Below, piece by piece: positions 14,062 to 27,940 of a DNA stretch of 64,000 bases. The stretch covers positions 215,326,001-215,390,000 of the forward strand of contig OZ024743.1 in the NCBI GenBank assembly GCA_964016885.1, given 5' to 3'. This DNA is from Eledone cirrhosa (lineage: Eukaryota). Each line of letters starts with the position of its first letter. Position 1 is the first letter of the stretch. Under the pieces are notes generated by a model that saw nothing but the letters and a program-made list of their open reading frames with translations, was not told the origin of the DNA and ran no database searches. A program made the translations under genes and the position numbers.

Positions 14062-14975
14062 GCGTCAGTCATAACTTGCACCCGCTTCCCCTAATTAAAA
14101 CGGGTCTACTTCAGCTGCTTGTGGAGGAGACTGGTTCTGTTGATAAGGCGGTCCAACTGCTATCAGCACCCTCTACTTGTGGAGCTAATGATGCACAAAC
14201 ACGCGTTGAGTCTGAAGCATCTCCAGATAGTCTGCCTAAAATTGAAAAGGTGTGGTCACAGTTTGTGAGGCATGTCTTTCCGCGGGTAGTTTCTTTCACT
14301 GAGCTCCAGTGCAAGATAAAGAAGAGATTAAGCCTGAACACCTGGTTTCTGGAATGTTACGAGGCGCCCAATGTTCTCCACCGGCCGGGAAATGCGATCA
14401 GTGGAACTTCTACTCTCGAGTTCTATAGAGGACTAGTGGTAGGCAAATGCGACGTCGCATTCGAGCCGCGGACTAAGGATAACTTCCAGAAATCCCTCAC
14501 GTGTCAGTGTGAAAGGGGGTGTGGGCTGCAGGTTCAAGATACTCTCTTACAGGCACGGAAGTGCTGTCAGATTGATCTACGTGAGGTGCGCGCAGAGGGA
14601 CGAAACTGTCCTGCACGAACTCGTTCAGTGTCCGTGCATTACTGATTTGTCGAGTATTGTCATACGGTTGTTGTCACGAGTATAGTCGCCCCACCGTCTT
14701 TTTTAGCCAGGAAGAGCATATATTTAGCCAGGAAGAGCATATATATTCGTCTGTCTTGTGGTCGTAGCGAAATAGTTTGTGTGGTTGACCAGGTTAAAAG
14801 GACTGGAGACAGACACTTTTCTCTTCAATCTCTCATCAACGTTTTCAAGTTTCACTAGGAAAAGAAGGTCAGGGTGGAGAAACGTGTTTTGCCCCAGTAA
14901 ATTTGCAAAAATGTGGGTGAATGCGAGGAGGGTGGCCCATGGGAATGAGCCTACTTGAAGCATGCGCATTTGAGG
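14062..14975 (+). mobile_element. Degenerate 3' fragment of a Tx1/L1-clade ORF2
   Basis: FQKSLT...RCAQRDETVLHELVQCP (C-terminal CCHC remnant) and KRKVRVEK motif; follows an (ATT)n tract. Confidence 0.7.
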
Positions 14976-15642
14976 AGCTAATTAAATATGTTAAAGATAT
15001 AAAATGCGATTGACGTAACTGCGGAGTATGTAACTATATATTAAACGTTCAAACATAATAACGGATATGGTCCTCTTCAGCCAGCCGAAGTAAAATAAAT
15101 TACCAATTTATAGAATTAACCTTTTCAATATTTGAATGTCGAATACTATTTAAAAAACAACATATTTATTTATTACAATGTTTTCTATAAAACTTTTCTG
15201 TCTGGCATATTTAGCGTACAGTGTACATAATCAAAATATCTGGTTCGTATAAAATATTTAGCCTTAACGTGGGTAACTTTAACAATAGACTAAAAGGAAC
15301 ATCTTTCAGTTAATATCCACGTTTTGAAGAAGGTGAACTCTGTTAATTAATCTTTCTTGACATAAGCTACGAGAATGAGGTGTAATGCAATTTAGAGTAA
15401 TGCTTTCATATACAGGCAATATTACTTGTTAAGGAATTTTGAATTTACTTTTTCTAAAATCACTGACATTTCTATATACATATTACTATCACATTTCCTA
15501 TAGAAAATACTAAATTAACAACAGTAATGTCAACATAACTACAAAGGTACTTTGCAAAAGGTGTATTTCATTCATATGAAACATAGATTATATCTGTACA
15601 GAATATGGTTAGGTACTCACGAATCATTATTTTCTAGTGAAA

Positions 15643-15745
15643 GCCGAGGTTAACTTTGCCTTTCATCCTTACGGGGTCGATAAAATAAAGTAACAGTAAT
15701 ACAGTGGCGTAATGGCTGGCCTTGTGCCAAAAGTAGAAACAATTA
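15643..15745 (+). mobile_element. 5'-truncated SINE
   Basis: gccgaggttaactttgcctttcatcc...gtagaaacaatt; imperfect TSD attat..t.tagtgaaagc. Confidence 0.85.
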
Positions 15746-16350
15746 TATTATAGTGAAAGCTGTTCAAAAGTCGCTGGAACAATTAAAGCTGTATTCAATG
15801 GCTATGAGTACAACAATTTATATTCGCAAATTTAGTAATGTTAAAATGCTTGGAAAAGAATAGATCTCTTAAAAAGTAGAAAATAATTCATGTTACATTT
15901 TAATGTACTTTGCCTATAACATACCTGTGAAATCTACCCGTCTGATGGAAAGATCTACCGACCACTTATGTGAGTGAGAGATGTCTTCTCTTGTGAAAAT
16001 GATATAGTTTTCATTTTATAAAATCTCCCCATTTTACAACTTTTTTTCATTGTGCTCTCCGTTTGGCTTTTAGAAGTTGGCATGTCTGCAGTCCAATAGC
16101 TGGGTTTGACTTGCCTCATTCTCTCTTCGGTTGCTTACATACATGTGATTTTCCTGTTTCCTTCTTCGGTATGTTTTCTTTTCCTTTTTTTTCCTTTTTC
16201 CCTACTGTTATGTTTTTTTCTATCTCTTCTTTTTCCCTAATAACTTACTATAATTATTGACTCACTGGAACTAGACATATTGTCTTTAAAGCGTAGAAAT
16301 GTCCATAAAGACAACTTATGATGGGAAATATCCCTCGTTTGTGCTTTCCT

Positions 16351-16400
<50 letters not shown>

Positions 16401-16414
16401 GGTATATAATAATA

Positions 16415-16521
16415 ATAATTGTTTCTACTTTTTTGGCACAAGGCCAGCAATTATCCAGTGCATTACTGGTACTATATTTTATTGACCCCGTAGGGATGAA
16501 AGATAAAGTTAACCTCGGCGA
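16415..16521 (-). mobile_element. 5'-truncated SINE
   Basis: reverse complement of the same SINE 3' half with (ATT)n tail. Confidence 0.85.
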
Positions 16522-16930
16522 CCCAGAAAGAACTAACAATCCTGATGATGACAAAACTTTAAATCATCAGTGGCTGGCATCCTCTGGAATGAAATCGGAG
16601 ACTGAAGGACTGATTATATCACCACAAGATCAGTGTCTGCCAACAAAATACATCAAGCCAAAATTAATAAAACATGGATGCAACCCATTATGCTCTGTAT
16701 GTAAAAACACAACCAGAGACCATTAACCATATAATTTCAATGCGCAGCCCTATGGCACCAGCCGAATACCTAAACAGGCACGGCAGATCTCCACAATACA
16801 TACATTGGGCAATGTGTAAGCATTTTGACCGGCCCCATTAAAAGAATTAGTGGAGCATCAATCACCTCCGTATTTAAAAAGGTTGCACCTCAATGTTCTG
16901 GAACTTCAGCATCCAAACAGACCGAAAATC
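16522..16930 (+). mobile_element. Fragment of a second R4/Dong-like family (CCHC/RLE region)
   Basis: QWL..GMKSETEGLII.PQDQ.L.TK...CSVCK..ETINHIIS...YLNRH...YIHWAMCK. Confidence 0.8.
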
Positions 16931-19900
16931 ATTCACTATTCCCTTTGTCCTTTAAATTTCATTCTAATACTTGATAATCTCGCGAGACATAAGATAAGGA
17001 AACATATGACTCCAGTCCACTTTGTCAATAATGAATCTTTATTCAGAAATGCCAGGAGACTAAGCATTCAGACACGATGAGGACAACGGAAAATAACGTA
17101 TGACCGACGCGCATCAGGCGCTCCCCTTACTAGGAATCTTTCATCAGAGTAAGTGGTGCGTATTGTAACCCTCATACAGATCGTGTCGTCGAACTCGATG
17201 CAAACATCCAACATTGTGTCGAACTATTCTGCAATGTTTGCCTCAACAGAGCCGGGTTGCAACAGGTGAAACTCCCTGTGCCATTGTGTGGCCACGGCCT
17301 CCCATCCAAACTTGACACTTTCTCCTCAATTTCCCCCAGCTGCACTCTCATCAATTAGAACCCCCTTGTTGATCAGACCGATGAAAGCCTTGATTTTTCT
17401 CTGTGTAGCAAGGTAACTGGTCAACGTCATGTCTATGTTCTATTTGAGGCGTGTAACAAGCCATTATGTCCATAATCCGGGGCGCGGATGATGCACCGCT
17501 AAGAGTGGGGTATAGTGACTACATCCCACTCACCCTTGCTTTCGCTGTTCTATCCTTTTTCCTTTTTCTACTACAAATGTTCGACCATTTTAGCGGGGAT
17601 TGATTTTACATTATATTGCTTGCCTTTAACGTATCCTATTTGTAACATTAATATGGTATTGATAATTCTGGTTGTTACTTATCGTGTTTTTTTTTGTTTT
17701 TTTCTGCCGAGTTATATAAATGTTGTTTAGCAAATGTAGATCACCTTCGAAAACCAGGGCTTTATTAGTGTGTTTCGCCTGGCTATCTTTGAAATGTGTT
17801 TACTGCTGTTTATCATTCAGTATTCCATATTATATCTAGTTAACATCAAACGAATGGTATAACAATGCTAAGTGATCCGAGTATTATATTGTATTTCATA
17901 TGGCAGTAAATAAATAATTTTATGTAATAATGCACGAGATTAATCTCACTGAATAATAGGTAATTATCTCATAACTCACCGTATTAACATTATTTCCAAA
18001 GGTAAGACAAATCATGTTTCTGCTTATAATCTAGAATGATTTAAATAGAATAAAGAAGCAGGATTAATGGCAGAGACATTTCTAATCATGAAAGAGTCAC
18101 ATTTAATATATTAATAAATATTATGTGGAATATGTTTATCGTAATATTTCTATCAATGATTAACTTTCAGCATATAATAGAGCATAAGGGCTATACTGTA
18201 ATGGATAATTTAGCTATCGAGGTTAGAGTTATAAATCATCCCTCACAAAGTAGAACTAATTTTATCATTGTCCATATTTCGCCCAACGCGTTCAAATGTC
18301 CACATAAACCGATGTTATTCGTATATGTTCAAGGTTATGAACATAGTATGCATTGCAGATATACGAGTATCCTCCCTGATAAATGTGGCATGAAATATTT
18401 GACGGTGCCTTCACTTGATTACTGTGATTTTGTCTTAGTCTACATTCTCTAGCAAATAACTTTTACTTTTCAAAGTTGAGCTCAAATTCCTTCATTTCAC
18501 AAGGACGGAAGAACACATCCGTTAATTCTGTAATATCCCACTTCAGTTCGCACACTAAAATAACATATTAAACATTTTAGGTTCGTGATTATAATACAAC
18601 ATTATAATTGAATCAGGCGCGAACTTTAACATGACTGAAATTTGTGGCTTTTAATATATTCAGTTTCAAGTTTTCTTTTGCGTTTACTAACTAAAGTCGA
18701 AAATTATGCTCAACTTTATAGAAACACTTCATTGAAAAACAATCTTGGGGCAAACACAATAATATTATGTGATGACTAAATGAATATTCTATTTGAGAAA
18801 ATGTCCAGAATGGTTATCGTTTGAATAGATTAGACAAACAGTGGTTATTTTAAAAGAGACGAGTCCAAGAGAATTAGCTTCTGAACCAAAATTGAGTGTG
18901 TCATCTCCAATGAAACGCAAGTAAAATATCGACCGTTGGCTACAAGATAATCACTCTTTAATTCATAATGAAATATCTTAAGAGTGCGACCAATAAAATA
19001 CAATAAATGATAATAGTGAACAAAAACAAAATAAAATATCTCAACAATTGTGTCTGACTGGATTTTATTGATCTTCAGCGCTGTGATAATGAGGTTTTCA
19101 AAATGGTTGGATAGCATTGCATCTTAAAAGAAAATATGTTAATGGAGACAATCGTCTTATTGTATCCGATTACTTTTGATCTGTCGTACATTATCATTAA
19201 ATAGTGTCCTATTCCAACTGGTAACAATCGATAACATTGTTAGCTCTATCCGATTTTTTTGTTTGTAGTTCTGATTTTAATTTATTTTATAAGGTGGTGA
19301 TTTATTTAGAAACAAAACACATTGAAGTGTCTTCGAAGTTACAACTCAGTTGTGCGATAAAACTATTTTGTGTATGAAACATGAAATAAACCATTTCCAA
19401 ACTTAAGCTTGTAGGGCAACAGCGTTTTGAGCTCCTGAGTTCAATTTGCGATTTAGCATACTTCTAGAAATATAATATTTGCATACATTCCAAAAATGGT
19501 AAAATAATATTGATAGAGAGTGAATTTCAAAGCTTTTAAGTTCTTAGAAGAAACAGATAACATGGTTGTGAAGATAATTTAATTAATAATTGAAGACGTG
19601 ACGTGTGGATTGGAAGTGTCTCAGCAAAACCAACCTGTTACCTATCATATCCGAGGAGGTGGTGTCAGTGTAGTGAATTTCAAAAGCTAATGAGCTGAAC
19701 AAGTAGCATGTACATGCTTCATACTAATATTAAACTTAAGAAAATTAACAAAAAATGAACAAGACAATGAACGGGAAAAATAACTAAACGAAAAACATTT
19801 TTTTAAGTGAAAACCTTCATAAGTTTTTTTTTATTTTCAAATATACAAACGAAGGGCACATAACACCATGGTCATCGGTCGTTTATTTTGGCCTACGCAG

Positions 19901-20274
19901 TTTCGACCCCTCGCAATGGTACTGCTGGTCATTCCGGAGTCAAAGCATCTGACATAAGCCAGAGGCTGTCCAGAGGAGTAAGAGATGAAATACAAAACAT
20001 TATGTTCTAGTCGTTAAGCTACAACCACACACAATTTGGAGTGACATTAGGGAAATTGTCTGGTGTCTCTCAGAGCACGTAAAGCATGAATGAAATAAAG
20101 GAAACAAATGCAGCAAAAAGCAAGCAGATTAAAGTAAGAGATCGTGTTAAAAAGTTTTAACCATTACAATAAATGGAGGAGATGAGATAAAAACGTCCGC
20201 CATATTGTTAATACACTTCAGAAAATTGACAAAGAAAGGACAAAAGAACGAACGGAAACAAAACAATATATTCA

Positions 20275-21895
20275 TACATGATGGCTGCAAACTCTGCTTG
20301 TCAGATTCAGATATGTGACGCTCGGATATGGTTTTTCAAGCCTGCTAGAGATTTGCACTGCTTCACACACTGACGACAACTATGGATCTCCCTGGCTTGA
20401 GGTCCCGCATCAGGTTGCCCGTGAACCCTCACAACACCGTGGAGATCATAGCTCACTGGTTCTCTTTGAACATGGCTGCGACTGTGGCTCCTGAGACCAG
20501 ATTTACTCAAGCAAATTGTTCCACACTCAGGGCACTTCAATTCAATGGAGACACCGATCGTTTCGAGAGATACACCAGGGCATTGTTTACGCACATCCCG
20601 TTTGAACTTCCCGTGCTTTATGCGTCTGTCCTCAAAATTATGGACCCCATCATTCACCATTCCACGCCAAGTTTCTCTTTCAAGAGCTTCTATTTCACAG
20701 TCAGCCATCATCAAACTAGTTTTTTTCAATGAGTCCTTTACACAATCTTTGAATCAGAGCTTTGGTTTGTGAGGTTGTCTCTTACCATCACAAGGCTCGC
20801 CATACAAGAGTTGTTTTGGGATTCGATCATCCTCTATTCTGCAGATGTGTCAAGTCCATCGAAAACGTGTTGGTGGATGATACTCTCAATGCTCCGACAC
20901 TCACTTCTCTCAAGGACCTCAACATCACTCATGCATCTGCCACTTGATACCGAGAATCTTTCTGAGACACTGCTGGTGAAACCGTTCCAGTCTGTGGATA
21001 TGCCGTTTGTAGGCAACCCATATTTCACATGCATACAGCAAATCTGACAGTACAAATGCAGCATACACTCTCATCTTGGTCCTCATTGTGATTCCTCGCC
21101 TGCACCAAAGACGGTCGTTAAGCCTTCCAAATGACTCACTTGCCTTACTAACACGTAGACCAACTTCTGCATCCAGAGAGCAGGTCACACTCATGGTACT
21201 CCCCAAATACACAGATGTGTCAGAAACTCCAGCTTTTGACCATATATGTGTATGGAGGGTTCATTGAAAACTTTATCCGAAGCAGGTTGGTACATGATGA
21301 CAGTCTTCTTCAGACTGATTGTCAGTCCCAAAGCACTGCACGCATTGGAAAAAGAATCCATGAGGTATTGCATGTCACTCTGGGAGTGTGCAAAGAGATC
21401 ATAATCATCTGCATATAAAAATTCTCTGATCAAGGTAACTCAGTACCTTAGTGTTGGCAGTGAGACGCCTAAGGTTAAACAGCTTGCCGGAAGTGTGATA
21501 TCTGAGATAGATACCGTGTTGACAACCTTGAATGCCATGAAGAACACCATCGCGAAATACAAAGTTGGTTTAGGTATATCACCCTGCTTGACACCATTTT
21601 CAACCAAGGTTGGCTCAGACAGTTTACCTCCAACATTCACCCATGCCTGCATGTCATCATCGTTGAAGAGTTTCAGAATGTTCACAAACTTTTCAGGACA
21701 GCCCAATCTCTCCAAAACAACCCACAAAGCCTTCCGATTAACGGTGTCAAATGCCTTGGTCAGATCGACAAAAATGTGGTATAAGTCCATGCTCTGTTCA
21801 ATGCATTTCTCCTGAAGTTTTTTGGCCGAGAATATCATGTCAACAGTGCCTCTGCCATTCCTAAAGCCACATTGGGACCCAGGAAGTACCTCAAC
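20275..21895 (-). mobile_element. RTE-clade LINE, 5'-truncated, with two C-terminal C2H2-like fingers
   Basis: QCGFR.GRGT.DMIF, FVDLTKAFD, GVKQG, FLYADD, YLGS, RFHQQCLRKIL motifs; CPECG..H..SH and CRQC..H..SH in 20307..20729; (ATGT)-type tail. Confidence 0.92.
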
Positions 21896-21939
21896 AGCAA
21901 TGTACATACATACATACATACAACAGCAATGTACATACA

Positions 21940-22540
21940 TACATGGTGGCTGCCAACTCGTTTTCGAGTACGGCCACTACTTTATATCCATGTAGGAGAA
22001 CTCCTACCGATGCGCTGAACGAGTGTGACTTTTTAGTCCAGCCAGCGACTTGAAAACTCTGGTACAAACACTACACTTGTGACAATTATTGACACATAGT
22101 GCTGGGCCCATGGTACCATGTGACGACAAGTGAAGAGAGATCTCCAGATAGAAAGCAATGCCTGTGCCGTGAAGCTTTTATAGCGAGCAAATGCACTGCA
22201 CAAAGCCAGTCCCACTCTCTTAACCAAGATGATATTTACCAAAAAGAAAAGTAAGTCAACATCATTGGATACCATCAGAGTTGCAGGTGTTATATCAGAG
22301 TTGTTCTTCTCCTAGAATTCTACCTTGACAAAGGCTAAGGGGCCATCTCTCCCGATGATTTTGGATGGCCATTGACTCTTAAGAGCTCCTTTGCCCTTTG
22401 AAAGGTTTTGTTTTTAGTCCTGCAGGATGTCCAAAGTCACCCTCCTCACCAAGAAACCATGGTGGGGTTGCCAGTTTAGTTGCCAACGACCCTACCATGA
22501 GACAAGTTGTACTGGGATACATGTAACCAGTAACTCCAAC
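21940..22540 (-). mobile_element. Short non-autonomous RTE-derived element (5'UTR plus 3' end)
   Basis: RTE-type 5'UTR motif ggagaagaacaactctga; 3' end ggcagccaccatgtatg resembles the adjacent RTE end tgcagccatcatgtatg; (CATA)n on both sides. Confidence 0.65.
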
Positions 22541-22571
22541 ATACATACATACATACACACACACACCCACG

Positions 22572-22639
<68 letters not shown>

Positions 22640-23135
22640 CACACACACACACACACAAAAATCACATATCGAATAAGTGTTCTCAACAGTTGTGTTAAAA
22701 TAAACAAGAGCTATTCATCAGTCAATAAGATCAACTAAAAAATCAATAAAATTAACTGGTCAATAGCTTAAGCCTGGAGATTAATACAAGTAAATAATCG
22801 AGAATCAGAATTTCGGCCCACGAAATAACGATAAACAATCTTCGACATGTGTGGCAGAGGGCTCAATAGTTTGGATAAACCAGAGCTATAACTATCGTTA
22901 AAATACCAACACATAGAGACGATGCCTAAAATCATTCGCACAGCCGAAAAAAACGACCAGGAAAATTCGGGTCACTCAAATAATAAATTAATAAATTAAT
23001 AAATTAATAAATTAATAATATATATATATTGTTATACTTTGGGAGGGTCATGTTGCCAATAAGAAACACACGCACCCGATACTTTCACTCCAATTTATTA
23101 TAAATTGAAGACATTCACATAATCAAAATATATGT

Positions 23136-23195
23136 TTTATTATATATATTTCGAAGGTACTGTGTTGTCTTTTCAGTACGTCCTCGTCAGATAAA
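23136..23195 (-). ncRNA. Type I hammerhead ribozyme (candidate)
   Basis: minus: tttat CTGACGA g..gtactg-loop-cagtac.. GAAA tatatat A ataaa; stem I tttat/ataaa, AT-palindromic stem III. Confidence 0.7.
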
Positions 23196-23363
23196 ATACA
23201 TGAATTGATGTATGACATACCTCAACGGTCTTGATAGTTCATTTCATTTATTAATATTCTGAATAATATTAATAACTCCAGAAGACCTTCTTGTAGAGTG
23301 CTTCTAATCTATTGTTAAACTACATTTATTGAGTAATCAATGAACCATACTAATCTTTGGTTT

Positions 23364-23427
<64 letters not shown>

Positions 23428-23436
23428 TGTGTGTGT

Positions 23437-23489
<53 letters not shown>

Positions 23490-23490
<1 letters not shown>

Positions 23491-26084
23491 AGGGAGAAAA
23501 AGACGATTATTAGGAAGAAAAATACATGTTTTCTTTTTAATTTTCTCTCTATATTCTGGGTTAGAAATTGTTTAAAACAAAATATTTTACTTTGTGTGAA
23601 GTGTTAAGGTATTAGTTAATTTATTAATTAACAATACATTTATTTATTTATTTATTCATTTATATATTTAATACCGGTTTCAGCATGTTATGCATTATCA
23701 CAGGGGGGAATTCGTATTGGTATAAAATGTTGGAGAGAAGATAATGTGATGTTGAACATGTTAAGGAAATGGGAAAGAAAGAATAATATTATTTACAAAC
23801 AAGGTTTTTGAAGTAAAAAGAAAAAAAGAAAAAAAGGGGATGATGTGCAACATAATAAGGTAATGGGAAAAAAAGAATAATATTATTTACAAGCATAGTT
23901 CTTTAGGGTAAGCAGTTCAAAATGTGTTATTATGGCAATAACGCTTGGTTAGTCCATGATGGAGACAAATGGTAATCTCGGGTTTAATATGATTTCCCTT
24001 TTTAGAGAGTTAATATGCATGGGGAGTTATTTCAGTGTGGTCGGGTAGGGTAGAGAGATGGATGAGAGGGTGTAGTTCATTTATATAAGAAAAAGCATTA
24101 GTTAGGATGTGAGGGAGGTAACTCTTTAGATAACATAGGAATTGGGGCTTTGGCTCATTGTTCGTTCCAGTTTTAGTTTAGTCCGAAGTTTAGTCCATTA
24201 AGTAGAGGTTAGAATTCGTTAATGATGTACGTTTCCTTATTGGTACGATGGATGAAAGACACTTTGTCTATGAATTAGTAAATGGGGAAAATTTTAAGGT
24301 TTGGATGTTGGTTAGGTGCACAATTGGTGATATGTTTACGAAAAGCAATCCTTCTGTATTCCTGTATTTTGATTTGTCATCTATGGACGGTCATACGTTT
24401 TCGGAGGCTGTGTTTTGTCTGTTTTAAGTAGTGCTCTTGACAACGTGAGCAGGTCAAAACAGAGAATAGGTCTTCAGATGCAGATGTAAAGTTGTATTTA
24501 ACTGTGAAATGTTGTCCTTGTTTAAAATGGAATGTTGAACCTTCTATTAGATTTATGCTTATACCACAGTTGAGCATTCCGGATTTTTTTACTGTAGGGT
24601 TTATTGTGAGGGTTAGTTAGATGTTGGCTTGTGTGAAGATGTTTGTTTATGGATTTAGGTTGTCTTTTGCTCTTTATGATGTTGTGTGTTTGGAGGATTT
24701 TGTTCATTCTTGGGTCTCGTTTTCGTAAAGGAATGTTCTGGAGGATGGTGTCGAATGGCTCATTGTTGAGGGGGTTGTGTGTGGAGAAGTATTGTAGAGT
24801 TTTCTGTTTCGGTTCATTCCTGGGTTTGGGTTGTCTGAGTTCATGGATGTTGAGTTTTATGGCACGTTGGAATCCATTGTTGATTAGGGATGATGGGTAG
24901 TTTCTGCTGATAAGTGTGTTCTTTAATTCTTCTAGTCGTGTGTAGCATGTTTATTTATCTGAAACTGTTGTGCAGATTCTTCTGGCAAGGTTATAAGGAA
25001 TTGCCATTTTGCTATGGCGAGGGTGGCACGAGTTAAATGGAAGATATTGTTTGGAGTCTGTGGGTTTGTAGTATATGTCTGTTTCTATTTCGTTGTTTGT
25101 TTCCTCGATGAGGTTGTCGAGGAAAAGGAGTTGTTCATGGCTGTATTCCATTGTAAATTGTAAATTTGTGTTGAGTCCATTTAGAATGGTTTTAAAGTCA
25201 ATCAGACTTTCTATACCTTCAGGCCAGAGGATGAAGCAGTCGTCCAGACATCTCTTCCAGTTTTTGTCTATGTGTAGGTACAAGTGCTTAGCGTATTTGT
25301 CTAGAACTTTGCGGTAGAGAGTGGTTTCCAAATATCCCATGACAAGGTTGGAGTATGAAGGGGCTACTTTCGTGCCCATGGCAGTCCCAGCTTTCTGTCT
25401 GTAGTATTTGGCATCGAATTCAAAGAAGTTGTTTTCAAAGATGAATTTGAGGCCCTCCAACCCAAATTCTTTAGGGATGCGCTGTGGAAGTTCACTAGGT
25501 AAATTTTCAAGCCAGAATTGTATAACCTCTATACCTACGTTGTATGGGACATTGGAATATAGATTGATGACATCAAAGGTTACTAGTAGGGTATGTTCAT
25601 TATTAAGTGTTGTTGGGAGGTGGTTGAATATGTCAACGTCGTCCCTTATGAATCTTTTTATGTGTTTTAGGAAAGGTTTCAATCATAATAACTAGGAAGT
25701 TGCTTAGACGGTGGGTTTCACATGTAGTACCTGCTATTATGGGTCTTAAATTAAGGTCATCTGGAGGGGGAATATTGATGTAAATGCCTGTGGCCACTTG
25801 CAGGCCCTGCCTATTACTTCACTTTTGTGTGTCTTTGGACGTCGTAGAAAAGGCTTCTTCTGCTTTTGAAATTGGTGTTGTAGTTGTATTCCTTGTCGGT
25901 AAGGCCTTCTTTGTAAAGGGTTGTTAGGGATTTTAGGTTTCTCATTATTTTCTGTTGTGTGTAGTGTTGGGCCTTTTCGTATTATGTTTGGTTTTCTAGA
26001 GTTGAGAGTACTAGAGTCATGTAGTTATCTATCTTCATAAGGACTACTACACTCCCTTTATCCGCCTCTTTGATTGTTAGGTTT
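23490..26084 (-). mobile_element. Penelope-like element family A (RT + GIY-YIG), 5'-truncated, degenerate
   Basis: ADKG motif at ~26060; TFDVINLYSN, GTAMGTKVAP, RCLDDCF, DIYYKPTD in 24951..25682; VLTCSRCQEHYLKQT..LRKRM GIY-YIG remnant in 24377..24577. Confidence 0.92.
23669..23706 (-). ncRNA. Degenerate minimal hammerhead in the family A 3'UTR
   Basis: minus: gTGATAA t gcat-aac-atgc t GAAA ccgg TA; same strand as the ORF; stem I poor. Confidence 0.5.
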
Positions 26085-26312
26085 TTGTTTTTCACCGCTC
26101 CTATTAATGACGTATTATATTCGTTTTTCCCGTTCTTTGCCAGGGAACGTTTCCACCAACCAAAGTATCGTCTTCCTGTCTTCCTCCGGTTGCAAGATTT
26201 TTTGAAATATCCCCTTCTGCGTTTACAGATTGACTTTGTTAGTTTCAGAAGATCCCGTTAAGGGTGAAAGCAGCGATTCTTTGCTTAAACTTTAATCTGT
26301 TATTTTAATAAA
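26085..26312 (+). mobile_element. 3' terminal (pLTR) segment of Penelope family B
   Basis: near-identical to 45463-45690 and 35640-35868; ends in (TA)n. Confidence 0.92.
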
Positions 26313-27758
26313 TATATATATATATAAGCAAAAATGGAGGGGAAGGCAATACATTTAAAAACAAAATTCACTCCTTGCACAATGTTTCATCAGGATATAT
26401 TAGCAATATACAGATCTATCTATCTATATATATATGTGCGCATATGTTATGCATATATATTATAATAATGATTATGTACTTAGAATCTTCATAGAAGACA
26501 CATTAATGTATTTTATGATGCTGGAGGGCAGTCCAATTTATACAACAGCAAACGAATTTTACTATTACTGGAATAATTATTCTTTCACAGTGATACTTAG
26601 AGGCGTTCATACGTCGGAGTTCGTACCTTAATCCGAATAATTTTAAATGAGTAATAACTTATAAATTTAAAATGGCGGATACAACGGGGCATAATTATCT
26701 AATGGAAGTAAATATGGTGCATTTAAAAAGGATGTGATTATAACAAGCCAAAGTTAAGTGAGATTAATAGAGTAGATGTTAAGGGGGTGTTGTGGGTAAA
26801 GGTGTTATACACATAGGTTTCTACTTCACCTACTTATTTTCTATTTCCTCAAAATATTACACAAATTTGTACGATGACAAATATTAGCACTCATAGAGAA
26901 TGATATGATATTCATTGGAAATAAATGTGAAATAACATTTATTTCCCCTCGTTCTATGAAACGAAAACGGCTTACTAAATGCTATTTCCCCCTAACTAAT
27001 CGCTAGTTTTCTCTTAGTTTCAAATGTAAAACTTTGAAAATTGAAGCGATTTTAATTGCGTCTGCAACACTACTAGGACCGTTGCAAATTAAGTATACAT
27101 ATATTGAATGAAGAATTTCAATCTATGGACTTTACTTCTTGACCTAATATTGCCTGCAGAAAAAAGATTAAGCACGAATATTACAAGAATGTATGGCTTC
27201 TTATACATTGGATTATAAAACGTCATATATCAGACAGAGAACAATGGAATAAAGTATTAATTCACCCTTCAAATATGACTGTTTACAAGCAAGTAAAGAA
27301 AGCAATAAACGATTTCATGATATATGACACTGAAGGTTTTACTGCGGACAGAAGAATATTCGGATATTTTGTCACAGAAAAGAGGTACATCGTTTAAAAA
27401 CAACACCTGGTTTAAACGATTGTGATTTCCTTTCAGAGAATCATTTATAACAAAGTTTCCTATACACATTTTATTTGAAGCCTTGATTAGATAGAGGAAT
27501 ATAAAATCTCTTCATGCATATATATATAAACGGTTATAGTGACACTAACAAACCTGTTGTTTCCCAAGATTTTTGTTCGTTTCTGCTACTGCTCATTTTC
27601 TTCTATCTCTCCGTTTCTTCTTTACTTTCTCATTGTATTTGATAATGCAGGTTAAGCGTTCGAAATTTAAAATAAACCCCTATTACATCAAGCGCAAAGC
27701 TAATACATTTCGTCATCATACGATGTAGTTTGATTTGTTATGTCTTGTTTATGTCGTT

Positions 27759-27841
<83 letters not shown>

Positions 27842-27844
27842 ATA

Positions 27845-27940
27845 CATTTTTGCTCCACGGTTCTTATATATTCGATATATATTTATCCTTATCGAGCCCT
27901 CTTTGTATTTTAGTCTTCAAATTTATTATTATTACTATAT
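27845..27940 (+). repeat. Diverged copy of the family B 3' extension
   Basis: matches 45690-45780 (gctc.acggttcttatata...ttatcgagccctct). Confidence 0.8.

Noticed and set aside
16930-17530. GC-richer segment, possible LTR or exon
   Set aside because: No recognisable termini, motif or homology
22250-22540. HDV-like ribozyme in the RTE-type 5'UTR
   Set aside because: Expected from family knowledge, but I could not assign the helices by eye
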